A stretch of 59,241 nucleotides of DNA, counting the filler, from Dirinaria sp. TL-2023a (Eukaryota): NCBI GenBank assembly GCA_051941275.1. It is 2 parts of 2 records of this genome, joined end to end, with 100 filler letters (N's around TTAATTAATTAA, not from the genome) between each part and the next. Parts side by side here need not be neighbours in the genome. Positions count along the whole stretch, not along the records: positions 1 to 29,600 come from JAVEBF010000113.1; 1 more part is not named here. One strand, 5' to 3'. Shown here one piece after another: positions 1 to 12,836 of the stretch. The position numbers and the translations under genes were made by a program. Within the stretch, counting starts at the first letter, position 1, and each line of letters opens with the position of its first letter. Below the pieces are notes generated by a model. That model was not told where the DNA came from, searched no databases, and saw only the letters and a program-made list of their open reading frames with translations.

Positions 1-242
1 GAGATATAGTTTGTCCAATCGACGATATCGCTGAAAGTAAGGTTCGTGAGGAAGAAACGAAAGAAAGAAGGATAAGCACAAGAGAGATTCCTTTTTTCCG
101 TTTTTTTTTTTGGATGGGAAGGGGTGAGGCGCGGGCGGGAAGTGAATCTATGCAAATGCGACTCTAAGAGAGAGAGAGAAAGCCTTTATTCTCAGATAGA
201 AATCAGATTTTGTTTTCAATGGTAATCTATCCGAACTTGCTA

Positions 243-258
243 TGACTGACTGACTGAC
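243..258. repeat. Microsatellite (TGAC)4
   Basis: tgactgactgactgac. Confidence 0.9.
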
Positions 259-512
259 TAACTTACGTGGGTTTCTTCCCCCGCCCCTCCTGCTCTCCTA
301 CGAAAGTCAAACGAACATGCAATCCTTCTGATGCGTAGTGGCAACTCGACATGCTGATCGAAAATTTTGGTATCTCCCCTTAGACTGCAGTACCATCTGG
401 GACGCCGTGCAAATGCTTCGCTAAACCTCCGAAGAAGAAAGAAGAAAGAAGAAGACCAATAAGACTTATGATGACAATGGCCACTACCGTTACAATCCCC
501 TAGGTATGAATG

Positions 513-3500
513 TCATCGACCAGTCCGCTGGACAAGAGCCTAAGTAGCAAAAGAACCGTCAACGATCATTTCCTCTCCCCCTTCTACACTGTTTCAGGCC
601 CGATGAGGAGGAAAAAAGGAAAGCTTACCTGGAAGAACTGTTTGAAGCCCCTGACGTCCAGAGTACACAGTGCGTTCAGATATTCTTCGATATCTGCATC
701 GCCCATACCCATGTTTCGCAGTTGGGAATTCTTCAACATTGCCAGGTACTCGTGGCCTGTTTTGAGGAAAATGGTTTTCTGCAACCCTGCGGCTTCCCCT
801 AGGGCTTGCTTGGCCTGCGCGTCTTTCGAGTTGAAATCGGGACTGCTGGGCATGGCCCAGCAAAGCGGTGAAAACCGCTCGACCATGAAGTGATCGAAAC
901 CAGGGAGCGTGGGTTGCGCATTGGCTGCGGCGATGGAACCAGGGAGTTGAGCCTGCGGGGGGTAAAGGTCAGGACCACCCCATGTCAGCGCCATTCTGCT
1001 CAGCACCGAAAAGGCGAGTTTGGCGGTCGAATAGTCGGAAGTATCCGTGGCGAGGTGCTCAATGGTGGTGATGACCTTCGCGAAAATTGTTTGGTTCTTA
1101 TCGCTGACGAGGGCAGACTCGAGATCGTTGTTCAGAATGATCAAGAGAAAGCCGAGGTATTCGCGTTTCAGCTCTTGGAGCTGGATTTCATCATCAGTCC
1201 CGTTCGTTGGCTCATTGATCCCCGCAAAGACCCTTTCCAGGAACGGAGTTAGCAGGATATTCAAAATGTCGAAGATTTCAGACTTGAAGCCAAAGACGAC
1301 TTGGTCCAGTAATCTGAGAAACAACGCCATTTCGTCCTTCGTAGATGTCCTGGAGAGGAGTCCATCTATCCAGCGAGGTAGCTGAATAAGAATTCGGTTT
1401 CCTAGCACGCCAATGAGGCGGGAGAAAGCGAACCTTGCGGCCGTGCGAACTTGGAAAGAGCTGCTCAATGACTCCAGAGCGACCAGAATGGCCTCTGCCG
1501 TTTGCGTAAACTCTTCAGATACAGGCTGTGCAGGCGCCGACGAGGCGGACGAGGTATTTGCTGGCGTCCAATCGGAGAATCCGCGAGCCAGGGTACCAAG
1601 AGCCATCATCAAGTGGTGTACTTGAAGAATTGATCGCTCGTCGCCTGTCTTCGCCGAGCCAAGATGTGCTTCCAAGTCGGTGAAAAGAGGGGTGATGATC
1701 GAACGGATGTATTGGATCTGGTTCTCCACTGGCACTGCGTGAGCTGAACAGACGCAGCCGACAGCTTCGTAGAGATAAAGCTGGCTATTGAATCTAGCGC
1801 TGGCAGACTGATCACTGCCATCTGACGACAAGTCATCGTTATCAGAGGTATCCTCAGCCAGCTCTGCCTTGATCGGAAGAAGGTCGTTGACGGCCCGCAC
1901 CACGTTCTCGGCAACGTTACCTATGTGCTGCCTCAGAGACCTAGAGAAACGTAGAAAGAGATACCAAGACCTGATTCTAACTTTGGCATGATCATGATGG
2001 ACAAAGTTGACGAACTTTTCCAGCGCCCCCGGTATCAGGTGGCTGTTGGCTTCGAAAAATGCAGAGTAGCGCACACATATCTCCATATACTGAAGCTGGA
2101 TCGCCGGGTGTGAAGACGAGGCAACATCTGCAAGCGCATCAGTATCTGCGTCACTCAATGTCTATGTCAACATACCGCTTTCGACGAGCTTGTGCATCAT
2201 TCCGATAAGGCGCTCGGCGGCTGGCGAAATCGGTTTGCTCCTGCTGTAAAGTCCACCGTGTTTCGTTACTAGGTCTCCAAACAAGAACATCTCATGCATT
2301 GCCAGATCCAAATCTCGCCAGTCAACCTGCCCATGCTGACTTCGAAACCTATCGAATGTGTTGCCGACTACATTGCTTAATTTATCTAAGCACGTGTTTT
2401 CGTCTACAGCTGCGACAGCTTGTTGCAAAACTTGAAGACGTTTACGTAGCTCTTGAAACTCTGCTTCATCCGTTTGCTCATCTTCGTTACCCCACGATGA
2501 AGTCTCATCGTACCTCATCTTCGCGACGACCGCGTCAAGAATGGGGTTTACCATGCTGAAGCTTTGAGAGTAAAAGGGGTTGTTAGTTTTTGCTTTTTTG
2601 CGGAGAAGAGTTAGAAGCTCAGTCAGGCAAGGAATAACGGTGGAGCAGACTTCGTCGTACTCATCAGAAAAGAAGCGAAGAACAAAGGGCACAAAATCAT
2701 GCAGCTGAGCAATGCCTCGATGAGATACTTGGTCACCGTCTTGAGCGCCATCCAAAACTTTGACCACGTCGAGAACAGTATTATTGACTAGCTTAGCCAC
2801 TGACTCTGCGAAGTCTGTATCATAGCTGGACGTCGACCTTAAATCTGTCAAAGTGGGACTATTGACTAGCTGCTCGACGACATCTTTGATCTTTAATACA
2901 TCGATGAGCTCAAGCTTATCGTTGGCACTCATCTTCTTTCCTATAATCTCAACAAAGGTGTCGATCGCGGCGTCTCGCCTCTTGTTCGAAGCCGTCTGCT
3001 GTGGAGAGCTTACTAACTCGAACAGCATGTTGAGTAATTTCTGATTGACCACAAGAGAAATTTCGATCCATGATACCCATTTGCCAATAGTAGTCAGACA
3101 GAGCTCGGTGATCGTCTCATCTGTGTTCATCCATTCCGACAATATCTCTTGCCAGCTCAGTGCGATCATTGCTGCGTCTCTTACTCTGACAAGATCCTTT
3201 ACTTCCGTGTGACGCTGCTGCTCTTCTGTATTCCGTGACACCATGACATCGGCTATCTCGTCGTGTATAGAGATCAGAGTGCGAAGGTAGAACACGACAC
3301 CTGAGTAGTTGGTTCGCCTTGATGAGTCTGCACCGCCTGTTAAGCCTAGAATTTCCGTGAAGAAAGCTGTCCATTGCGATTTGTACATTTCGGCGAAAAG
3401 GTATGTAAGACTCTGAGTAATCTTATTCTGTATGCTTGGGGAGTCGATACTGTCGCTTCCTCTATTCTCAATGCCATACATGTTGCGTACATATGTCATG

Positions 3501-3824
3501 AGGCCATCCTGAATGATAGCTCGGCCTTGGGGACCAGTCTGATCCGCTTGTATAGCTCTGTTGATGACATCGAGAGCTACAAGACGAACAACTTCTGAAG
3601 GTCGTGGGTCGCGTACAACCAGTGACAAGCACACCTGCCACCCTTGCGGCTCAGATCTCAGTTGGTTGAGGAAATCATAGGCTTGCACTTTGAGGGACTG
3701 CTCCGAACGAGGGTTCCATGCAATTTCGATGGCGTTTTCAATCTAATATTGGCGGCGAGGTTAGCTGCATGCTACGTGAAACAAAGGAACAGACCGGTAT
3801 GTAAGAACATACTTGAACGTCCAT
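513..3824 (-). CDS. los1: Exportin-T (tRNA export receptor, importin-beta family)
   Basis: Exons 3824-3813, 3742-2176, 2127-629 and 539-513 are joined by GT-AG introns. The protein starts [15 protein letters not shown]...[10 protein letters not shown] and contains the Xpo-t-like segments [35 protein letters not shown] and RSWYLFLRF. Confidence 0.93.
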
Positions 3825-3943
3825 CTCACTCAGGCGTCTGGTTACCTCTTGAAGCTATACTGGGACACAAATAAGTTTGGAACAGTTTTAACATCCACGG
3901 TTATCCACAAAAAGCCTTGCGGAATAACCTGGATTTGTGCTAT

Positions 3944-3950
3944 TGAGTCA
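3944..3950. promoter_or_regulatory. Gcn4/CpcA (AP-1-type) site TGAGTCA upstream of los1
   Basis: Exact TGA(C/G)TCA match (ATGACTCA on the minus strand) 120 bp upstream of the los1 ATG. Short motif, so chance is possible. Confidence 0.35.
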
Positions 3951-4426
3951 TTGATAAAATCCGGACGGTGTTATCCGCCTTGTGTTAGGCTCTCTCTTGG
4001 GAACAGTGCTTTACAGATTTGGGGCACAGTCTGTCACAGTTCCTTCTTTAGTAGGACTGAGTTTCAATTCCGGCAGTGATTGCTGTTAGACACATTTTTA
4101 TTTTAATATCGCTGTTGAGATATTAAGTAGGTATGGTGAGAAATGTATTGAGGTATCTACCTTACTTACCTACTTTAGGGTACTGAGTTGATCGCACTCA
4201 GGGTTGAGGTATTTCCATGCTCAGGCTACATGTAAATGCCCTGACATAGCCTGAACAATAAGAGTAGATGCATGATATGTATCATCTTTGTGTAAAAACA
4301 AGTCAAATTGCATCAGAATACTTACTTCAAGCAGTCAAAATTTGTTAGCTACCTGCAAACATTCCAGACTACATGGGATCAGGGACTTAGGTTATCGATT
4401 GCATCTTTTCAAGCTATTAGATCTTG

Positions 4427-6115
4427 CTACTCACTGCCAATATACCCACCCACTCCACTACTATCTGATCTGTCCTTTATGATAGCTGGCTGCCCTCCTC
4501 CCAACCAAAAATCACCTCCTTGTGCAGCCGACGCCTCAAGCTTGTCGAAGTAGTCTTCAAATTCACCTTCATCACCAAATTCCAGAGCCAGAGCCCGATC
4601 AGCTTCGACTTCCGCCGCACTAACTAGGTAGTAGGACCCATCCAATGAATGGCGAATGACAGGTTGATCAGCATCGGCTCTAAACATCTGGGCCTCTGAT
4701 TCTTCGAGGCCGTGATACATTTGCAAATGACGTTGTAAATCGAAATATTTGCATAAACGATAAGCGCAATCCTCGAAGGGACATTCGATGGTGCGCCCGT
4801 TTTCATATCCAGAACCGGTCAGCTGCAACAGCTTAGAGGGTTGGCCACGAGACGTGGAAGCTTCCTCAGCAACGATTCCATTTCGCGGTGGTTTTGCCTT
4901 TCCGGACTCACGGCCTAGATGAAACGTGCGTATATGTTCCACCAGATTCCCCTTTGTCGAAAAGCTTCGTCCACAGGAACCGGTTCCATCCCAATCCGAG
5001 ACTCGACTTAAAGTGTGCGGATTTACGCTGCCGCAAACGAAGGCTCTTGGTTGCTGATGGAAATTCCTGACATGTGCGTTTAGATTGTTTTTCGCTGTAA
5101 AGCTCCGTCCACAGCCAGGCTCAAGACATGGATACTTCCGTCGTTCATCGACTGTCAAGCTTTTATGCTGAGCATCAATATGCACCTGGAGATCAATTCT
5201 CCTAGCAAACTTGCAGCCACATTCCTGACATTCAGGGGGGTGTTCACTTCTGATATGCGATTGTAGTGCAAGCAGTGATGGGAAACCAGGATTTTCATGA
5301 TCGGTTGACGCGTTAATGCGCTCTTGCTGAGTGTTATCTGAACAAATTGCGCAGTCATACTTCCTGGCTGAGTGCGCAGAAGCGATGTGAACGTTCAAGT
5401 AGCTAGCCTCGTCAAATTCAGCACCACACGGCGTACCTTGGGCATCTTGCTCTTCGCACACAAAAGGTTTTCGTCCTTCGTGTACTTGAATAACATGCTT
5501 TTGCAGAGTGTTGTGCTTTCGAAAGGTTAGCCCACACCCGCCAATGGTACACGTAAACTTCTGCCTCCCTTCATGGGCGGCATGGTGTCTTCTCAGTCTC
5601 GTTCCAGTAGTGAAACTCTTCCCACAACCATCATAATCACAAGTGTAGTCACGAACATCGGAATGGGCTGATTTGATATGGTGTTGAAGGTGAGATGATC
5701 GCAGGAAAGCCTTGTTGCAGTCGGTATTCGGACACACAAAAGGTCGGGTATTCGTATGGGACCGAAGGTGCTGAGCTAGCTTTGCGGGGCGATTGAAAGT
5801 CTTGCTGCAATCAGGGTATGTACAAGGTATAGTCTTGCGCTGTGAGGGCGGCCAAAGGGGCGAGTCTTTCGATGATAGCGGGGTTAGGGGCGTTGCTACG
5901 CTATTTTGAATTTCTTCGTCGCTTGCAAAGCTGGATGAATCTGACTGCTCGCCTTGTGAAGGGCTGAATTCTATCCTCAGTCAACCCCAATTCGGAATCA
6001 TCTTTGGATTACTGCAATCCTCACCTTCTACAGCCAAATCCTGAGCGGTACGGACCTTCTTTCGACAGGCAACATTGACGGACGATGCTTTTCTCTTCGA
6101 GCCGTGGGTTTCCAT
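4427..6115 (-). CDS. C2H2 zinc-finger protein, TFIIIA-like (Pzf1/Sfc2-like), about 10 fingers
   Basis: Exon 1 6115-6025, GT-AG intron 6024-5971, exon 2 5970-4427. Ten C2H2 units run from CTYPDCSKTFNRPAKLAQHLRSH to CPFEDC...LQRHLQMYH, with a spacer before the last finger as in fungal TFIIIA. Confidence 0.82.
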
Positions 6116-7010
6116 CCTGGCCTTTGAATGTCCTCATGCACGTATTAGAGCATGCTGCACTGCCCTAAGGGTACCTTATGATGGATTTCAACCACCTCCA
6201 CTACCTTGAGTGTAGAGGGCCCTTCTTAGCGTGGAAGCGGTGCCGTGCAAATAATTATGCCAAGATCTCAAGCGAGATCTTCGCACACCACGACAATTCA
6301 ATAAATTCGCTGTAGGTTTCCATGCTCGAGTTTCACAATTCTGCCGTCTTGATCATGGATAAGTGCATCCCTGCACATGTGAAAGCTGATGCAATCCTCC
6401 GAGTCAATCCGTTACTGAGGTAAAGAACCCTTCAGGTGAAACCCGAGTGCCTACGCCACACTGCCGGTAGCTCTACAGGGCCGCCATTATTTACGGGTGA
6501 TCCAACGGGAGAGGATTGGCTATCTTGCGCGTAGGCTGGCTTATAATCAGCGGCTGCTCTGGGTCGGAGCGAGGAGTAGTGACGAAGCAGTTTTCGGCAT
6601 GGGTCTAAAGCATATCAAAATTCTTCCCTACTCGCACCTCACGCTCGACAACAACGGTTCTGGCTAGAATGTTTGGGCGTGCGTGCGTGCCGGCTGCATC
6701 GCTGGACTACTTAGGTACCTTTTAAGACGTCCGAGAAAATTACCCGTATACATTTAGCATAGTTAATATAGCCAGTCTGGGGTTGGAAAAGCTGCTGAGT
6801 TATCAAAGCATCAATATGCGCTGAACTTTGTTGTTGCCATTGTTGCTTATCGATGACAATCTTGATTCCAGGGGCATTAGGTATTAGGTTCAGCTATATG
6901 ATAGGAGCTTCACAATTCAGATCACCCCAAAAACATTAATCAATTCCACTTAACATAATCATGTTTCTTAAATACCTCCATCTCGTGTTTCGGTTCGTAA
7001 CGTAAACAAT

Positions 7011-7917
7011 CTACGCCGCGTATCCCCCGTCAGATGTGTAGACTGCACCGGTTGTATAGCTACTTTCCTCGCTCAGTAGAAACGCTATCAGCTTGGCAAT
7101 TTCTTCTGGTTGACCGAACCGCTCCAGCAGTGGAACTCTCTTCAAGTACTGCTCCTTTGAGAGCGGATTGCCTTCACTATTTGTCATCGGCGTCTGGATT
7201 GGCCCTCTGTTTCATCGCACGTCAGTAGCCAGCAAGGAGACGCCAAGGGGCCGAGGAATCGAGCGTGCTTAGGAGGAGCGCAGACTGGGAATAAGGGACC
7301 TACGGAGCGATGCAGTTGACTCGTATGCCTTTGTGTCCAACCTCCTTGGCCGCCGTTTTGGTCAAACTGACAACTCCAGCCTAAGATAGACCGCCTAATA
7401 TCAGCATCGGTCTCGCCTCCATGCCTGCTCGGACTTTGCATACCTTGCTTGCGCCGTAAGCTGCAAGGCTAGGGCACGCATTGAATGCCGCAATACTTGC
7501 TGCGTTAACGATGCTAGCCTCATTCTCGATCCTTTGTAATTGCGCCCGCAAACAGAAGAACACGCCTTTGAGATTGATACCGAGCGTCCGCTCCCAGGCT
7601 TCATCCTTGATATCCATTATTTTCGGCCCTATTTCGCCTATTACTCCGGCAATGTTAGCAGCACCATCCAAGTGGCCGTAGTGCTCGATGATGGCATCAT
7701 GCCACTCGTTGACGCTCTTGCTGTCGGTGACATCCAAAGCTCGAGAGTGAAGTTTAGTGTCTGGGGTAGCTTCCTGAATTGACTTGACCGCCTCCTCAAG
7801 AGCACCGGATTGGACGTCAGCGAGGGAAAGGCTGGCGCCCCGGGCGGCGAGAAGGCGGGCCGTTGCAAGGCCAATGCCGGATGCTGCGCCAGTGATGGCA
7901 ATGACTTTTCCTTCCAT
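7011..7917 (-). CDS. Classical short-chain dehydrogenase/reductase
   Basis: Motifs TGAASGIG, ANIAG, YGASK (YxxxK), IRVNCIAPG and C-terminal TGAVYTSDGG. Exons 7917-7444, 7380-7304 and 7206-7011, with GT-AG introns. Confidence 0.93.
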
Positions 7918-8623
7918 TGATTGTTTTGGTGCGAGACGTGAAAATTAGACTGTCACTTATCTATGTATCGAGTTGACAATATGCTGCATCGCAATGGTGT
8001 CGATCAGGAAAAAAACAAAGGAAACATGGAAATTACCTTAGGAAAGGTAAAGGCGTTGAGAAAAGATCGCAATTGTTCATACACGGATGACATGTATCTA
8101 GTCCGATTCCTCATGCTCATCAACTTAGAGGGCCGTCATGCGAGTTTCGCCATTGACGAGCGAGGAAGACCGAGGGATCCATTTTGGGAGGTTACCTAGT
8201 GATGCCATCACGCGCATCGCCGCTTCGAAGGTGTCCCGCTCCCAAGACCGGTTCTTCATCTTCCGGTCGGCATGTCCGAGACAAGGTACCTTAGACCAGG
8301 AACAACAGAGGCGGGGCAAGAAATTATCATATGATATCAGTGCTGACTCCTCGACTTAAGTCCTGGACATCTCGCTTGGATATCCCTAGCGTTTAGGCAC
8401 TGTGTATAGAGGGTATCATGTGGCGCACACTCCAGTTCATCTCTTCTCCTAACACTACCATGATTTTCTAACATTAGTTGTTTGGATGATTATTTGTGGT
8501 CGTTCATAATTCATCTTCTACAAGCAACGCTACTTCATCCGCAGATAGGTAATTTGATAAGTTTGAGTGCTCCTGAACTATTCATCGCAAATATCAATGC
8601 TGCTTCCAGACACGTCCCTTCCA

Positions 8624-11426
8624 TCAATAGAGTCTATTCGGTTTCCAGAAATTGGACAAATGATCCTCGTGGGGGATTGGTGGTGCACGACCGTAATCAA
8701 AAAAATCCAATGTCAGCCTTGTTATGGTACAATGGGAAAGTTTCGCTTGTGTAAGTAGGTAGGTGGCCATCAAAGGTTTCCAGGTCAGGACCTCGATCTT
8801 GCGGAATTCCGTGGAGCTGCCTGTTGAGTTCTGCCACACTAGTAGGCTGCTCGATCATCCCTGGCTGATAGCTAAGGCGTTGCTTGTCATACAGGTCTTC
8901 AGGACTAACATACGTTTCGTGTTCTATGGATGGTTCGATCTCCAGCTTCGGCTCGCATGCTTCCGCATTACTTCTTCGTTCTTTATCGTCGAAGGCAGAA
9001 TCATGCCAGCATCCTTTGATCTTTTGGTTCTCATACATACTCTCATATGCGTTCCATGCCCCTCCTGAATATCCAAGGCGTTGTTGATGTCGATCAAATC
9101 GAGACGCTTGTGGATGCCTGGCAGAATCACGATGACATGTTTCAGACTCTAGGACGTACGATGGAGCTGTACCAGAAGCTGATGATTTGACCTCGCGCTC
9201 ACCATCTTGAAAGCCCAAACATAGGCGCTTGGGACTAGGCCTTGCCGTAAGCGCTGAGTTACAATCGCAACCGTCCTGCGATTGGGCATGATAATGGGAA
9301 TTTCTGCCCTCACCGGTCTCATCCTCGTGACTCGTTAGCGATGCACCACTCTCCTGGTTTGCTCTAGCCGGTTTCCGAACATCAGGATGCTGACTTGCTC
9401 GCGATCGAAACGATAATGCCTGATGTTCGGAGGCTGTAATTGGTTTCGAACTTTCTAGTGGATTGGCTTCGCATGCACGAGGGGGTTTATCGAGCGCCGC
9501 ATCAGATGAAACCATTGCATCATGGTGCACGAGCGGCGCTGAGGCAGGGCACGGACTGCGCTCAATTTGTGTAGAATTGGGTTGATTAACTTCCGCGACT
9601 GTGGCTGCCTTCAAAGCCTTCTTACCAAACTCATTGCTCATATCGGAAACATCTATGATTTGAGTACTACCTTTAATGGAGCCATGTGTAGGTAATTGAG
9701 GCGGCCCGTTGGTGTTGCTGGAGCTCTGAGCATCCCTCGAGCGCTTCCGATGCGAAAAGGGTCGCTCAAAATGTTCTTCTTGAACGCTGATACCGCAATC
9801 CATTCGGTTTCGAGGCTTTAGCGTGGCATTAACAGCTGAATCCTTGGACTGCTCATTCCATCGCTTTTGCTGGAGTGCAGTTTCAAGAACTTCCTGGTCT
9901 TCACCTGGAGTAAGTGCGTTGGGACCGCGCTTTACCGGCGAGCATGAGAGAACGCTAGACTGTGACCAGGTGTAGTAGCCTGTAGAATTTGAATTTGAAT
10001 CATCTTCTGACAAAGGCCTTTCCGGTATCAAAGGTAGCTCGTCGAGATCGTGGGTTAGCTTGACAGGCGAGAGGCTAGCACCTGAACTCCCAAAACCTAG
10101 ATATGGCCTATCCGGCAAATCCACTGGTGGTGGCGATGATTTGAGAGACATTTGGCAGCTGCCACTCCGCATCTGGTATTGGCAAGCCGGAGAGGCGAGC
10201 ATTTGGACCTGCTTTTTGTCCACTCCAGCATCAACGGGCTCCTTACATGCCCTCAGCGCTTTGGATGTAAAGTATCTCGAGATCTCTGCATCGCTATCTG
10301 CCGCCTTGCCTTTCTTACGTCGCTTTCTTGTAACTGCTGGACCCTCGTTTGGCACGTGGGAATCTTGTTTGTGGGATCTGAGAAAAGCTCGCTCCGAAAA
10401 AGCCAGATCCGGCACTGTATAAGGTGTAAACAGGTAGAAATCAGAATAATGACGGAGGAAAACTTACAGCCCCTTCTTCTTATTGGTGAGGAAGCCCTGC
10501 CTTGGCGAAAGAGTCCTAGAGACGCGGCGGGTCTCATCTGCCAGACAGCGTTCAATATTGCTCTTTGCCTTTTTGCTCACCTCTCAGTTGGAGGGCTAAC
10601 TCACCGTAAGTCGGTCTTGGGTCACATTAGAAGCAGTAAAATCGTGCATCACTGTCTTGCCTAATTTCTCTCTCCTTTTGCGCTTTCTCGACTTCTTGCC
10701 ACTACCGTCTTCTACCTGCTTCTTCGCTCGCCCATTCTCTTTCAAACTGTACTTGTCCTCTCGTGTCCTGTGTCTTAAGCGTTTTTGATACAAATTAATG
10801 GGTTCCACAGGCGTGGCAACTGATCCTTTTTCGAATTCCTCAGATTGGGGTAAGGCATCCAAAGAGCTGATGGCTTGCTCATGGTTTCGATTCAATGCTC
10901 TGCGTTCATGTATGATGTGGCCCGTTTCTGGTATGCTGTCGATCTCTGCAGGTTCTAGTAATGAGCTCGAGGAAGACATCCGTCTACGTTTTCTGAAAGT
11001 ATGGGATACCGAATCAAACCGCCCTGGATCTTCGCTTTCGTTCCGGAAGCTACGAAAAGGTGTACGGAGATTCAGGCTGTCAGCAAGACTTGGAGCTCGA
11101 AAACCAGCGGCTTGGCGACGGGATTTGGAGTCTGAACTCGATCAATTGCTGTATCCACCACTGATCGGGTTTGAAAACATACCGACCGCCGCTCCTTTCA
11201 AATGCTGGGAGCTTACCCCGGCTTGACTTCGTGTATGGCTACTTGCGACGACGGCTGACTGCTGGGACGAGGCATGATGTCTAGAATCAACCTTGCATGA
11301 CTTTTGGTTTTCAATTTGGGGTTTGAAAGTTCTTTGCCGGCTGGAAATAGACTCGTGGCTACCACGACTGCGCAAAAGCCAATTCCGGATTGCTACTCGC
11401 GGCGATCGATCGCCGTCAGCAGGCAT
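8624..11426 (-). CDS. Conserved-looking hypothetical fungal protein (low complexity, basic/NLS-rich); 3' end uncertain (8697 or 8624)
   Basis: Introns 11182-11132, 10604-10538 and 10467-10415 join four ORFs. Motif islands are RHRTREDKY, RLT|MRP..LGLFRQGRASSP, LPDLAFSE and PYLGFGS. The putative terminal FWKPNRLY lies in the +1 frame (see findings). Confidence 0.7.
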
Positions 11427-12658
11427 TAGGTCGTAGCACTGGACGCGGACCCGTAGAGATTATCCATTTTCGAGATACGCATGCCGACTGGAAATCATAA
11501 GGTACTGCGGTCTCTGTCAGCAAGAGTAGCGACTTTCATGTGATAAATTATAAAGATGGTAAGAGCGAGAGGTCTGGCATCCACTCCACCGCACCGTCGC
11601 TTCCCAATAGAGCAACGGAATTCCAAAGTCGAAGATAAACCCACCAAGTCGTCGTGTAGTCAGTTTTCATTTGGAGTCTTTGATTTCAAAGTTTGAAAGC
11701 TTTGAGATAAGTTGACTCTTCGTACATATAATTAAGCATCACAACCAAGTTTTAATGCGAATGAGAAATCGAAGCATCCGCCATCATACATGTTCCGCGA
11801 TTGACGAGGGTGTCGGTAGTGGACCTGTTGGTCATGGGACATTTGAAATCACTAACTGACAGTAGCGTATACTAGGAGCTACATTATAAGGTTTCCATTC
11901 GGAAAGAATTTCGCAGCTCTGTAATGTCGGCCTGCCCGTTCAAAAGTGTCTTGACGACATAATTGTAGGCTTACTAAATGTTAGTTAGGGTGGGCTTAAG
12001 GACCTCGTATGGGTCAATCTTGGTTGGTATTGAAGCACTAACGATGGACAACTGACATTCCCAAGCAAATGCAGGACTCAGCAGATATGCACTATTGATG
12101 TGGTCAAGCCTGTGGAATATTACAGATGCTATGTGGAGTGTGCGGCAGGTTGGGAGTATGGTATGATAATGAGACTGGCGCGGTACGTCAACGTCTGAAG
12201 AGAGCATGATGACCAGGTCAGAAGCTCGGGTATCACGACTGGTGAGGAACTGCTTCCGGGCCAGGAGAATGGCAATGAGCGTCTCTCTCTCTCGTAAGCT
12301 CTGTCACGAACATCATCGTGACTATACCTTCAAGCTGTTGATCTGCCCAACCCAAGTAACCATGTCCATTCGTTTGATGAAGACTAGTGTAGCGAACACT
12401 ATGATCGCAAAGTCGTTTTTGTGCCTTGCCCTAGCTGGCTTTCCTTGTTACCTCATAATGAGGATTAAGGAGTAAGGTAATGCAATTGTTCAGCTTCTTG
12501 ATTCTGTAGCCGCCATGGCATTACTGGTCACGTACAGGATAGGATAAGATGGGCAGGATAGTGAGATTCGATGACTTTCCACTGAGGAGCTTCATGTGAT
12601 GATTATAATCTCATGTTGTTCTTGTTGTTTGTGTTGTTCGCGATGAAGCCCATGCCGA

Positions 12659-12666
12659 TCACGTGA
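12659..12666. promoter_or_regulatory. E-box TCACGTGA (bHLH site) in hsp90 promoter
   Basis: Exact 8-bp palindrome about 170 bp upstream of the hsp90 ATG. Confidence 0.35.
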
Positions 12667-12700
12667 AACCCAAGCTAAAAAATTAATTCGAGGCAGACCT

Positions 12701-12715
12701 GGAATCTTCCAGAAT
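12701..12715 (+). promoter_or_regulatory. Heat shock element (HSF site)
   Basis: gGAAt-cTTCc-aGAAt gives three perfect alternating nGAAn units, ending 122 bp upstream of the hsp90 ATG. Confidence 0.85.
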
Positions 12716-12836
12716 TCCATCACGTCTGTTTTTGAACGCTCTCACTTTCACCTTCCACCTTTCGCAAACAATCCTCGCTTTTACACATCGAAGAACACAA
12801 TACCTACATTCTGCACTACTCTTGATTGCCATCATC

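Noticed and set aside
3901..3909. TTATCCACA, identical to a bacterial DnaA box
   Set aside because: Single 9-mer in a eukaryotic promoter with no bacterial context, so chance.
6300..6620. Fragments reminiscent of a TPP riboswitch (CTTGATC..GGATAA), SRP RNA or RNase P RNA
   Set aside because: The required partner motifs (CTGAGA and the AGCG-containing strand, the full conserved regions) are absent. An Infernal/Rfam scan would settle it.
11132..11182. In-frame TGA (11144-11142) between two same-frame ORFs, suggesting readthrough, selenocysteine or a pseudogene
   Set aside because: A 51-nt intron (GTATGT 11182 ... TTGAT ... CAG 11132) removes the stop and keeps the frame.
12206..12602. C-box-like (A/G)TGATGA motifs at 12206 and 12596 as a C/D snoRNA
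   Set aside because: No suitably placed downstream CTGA D box or terminal stem.
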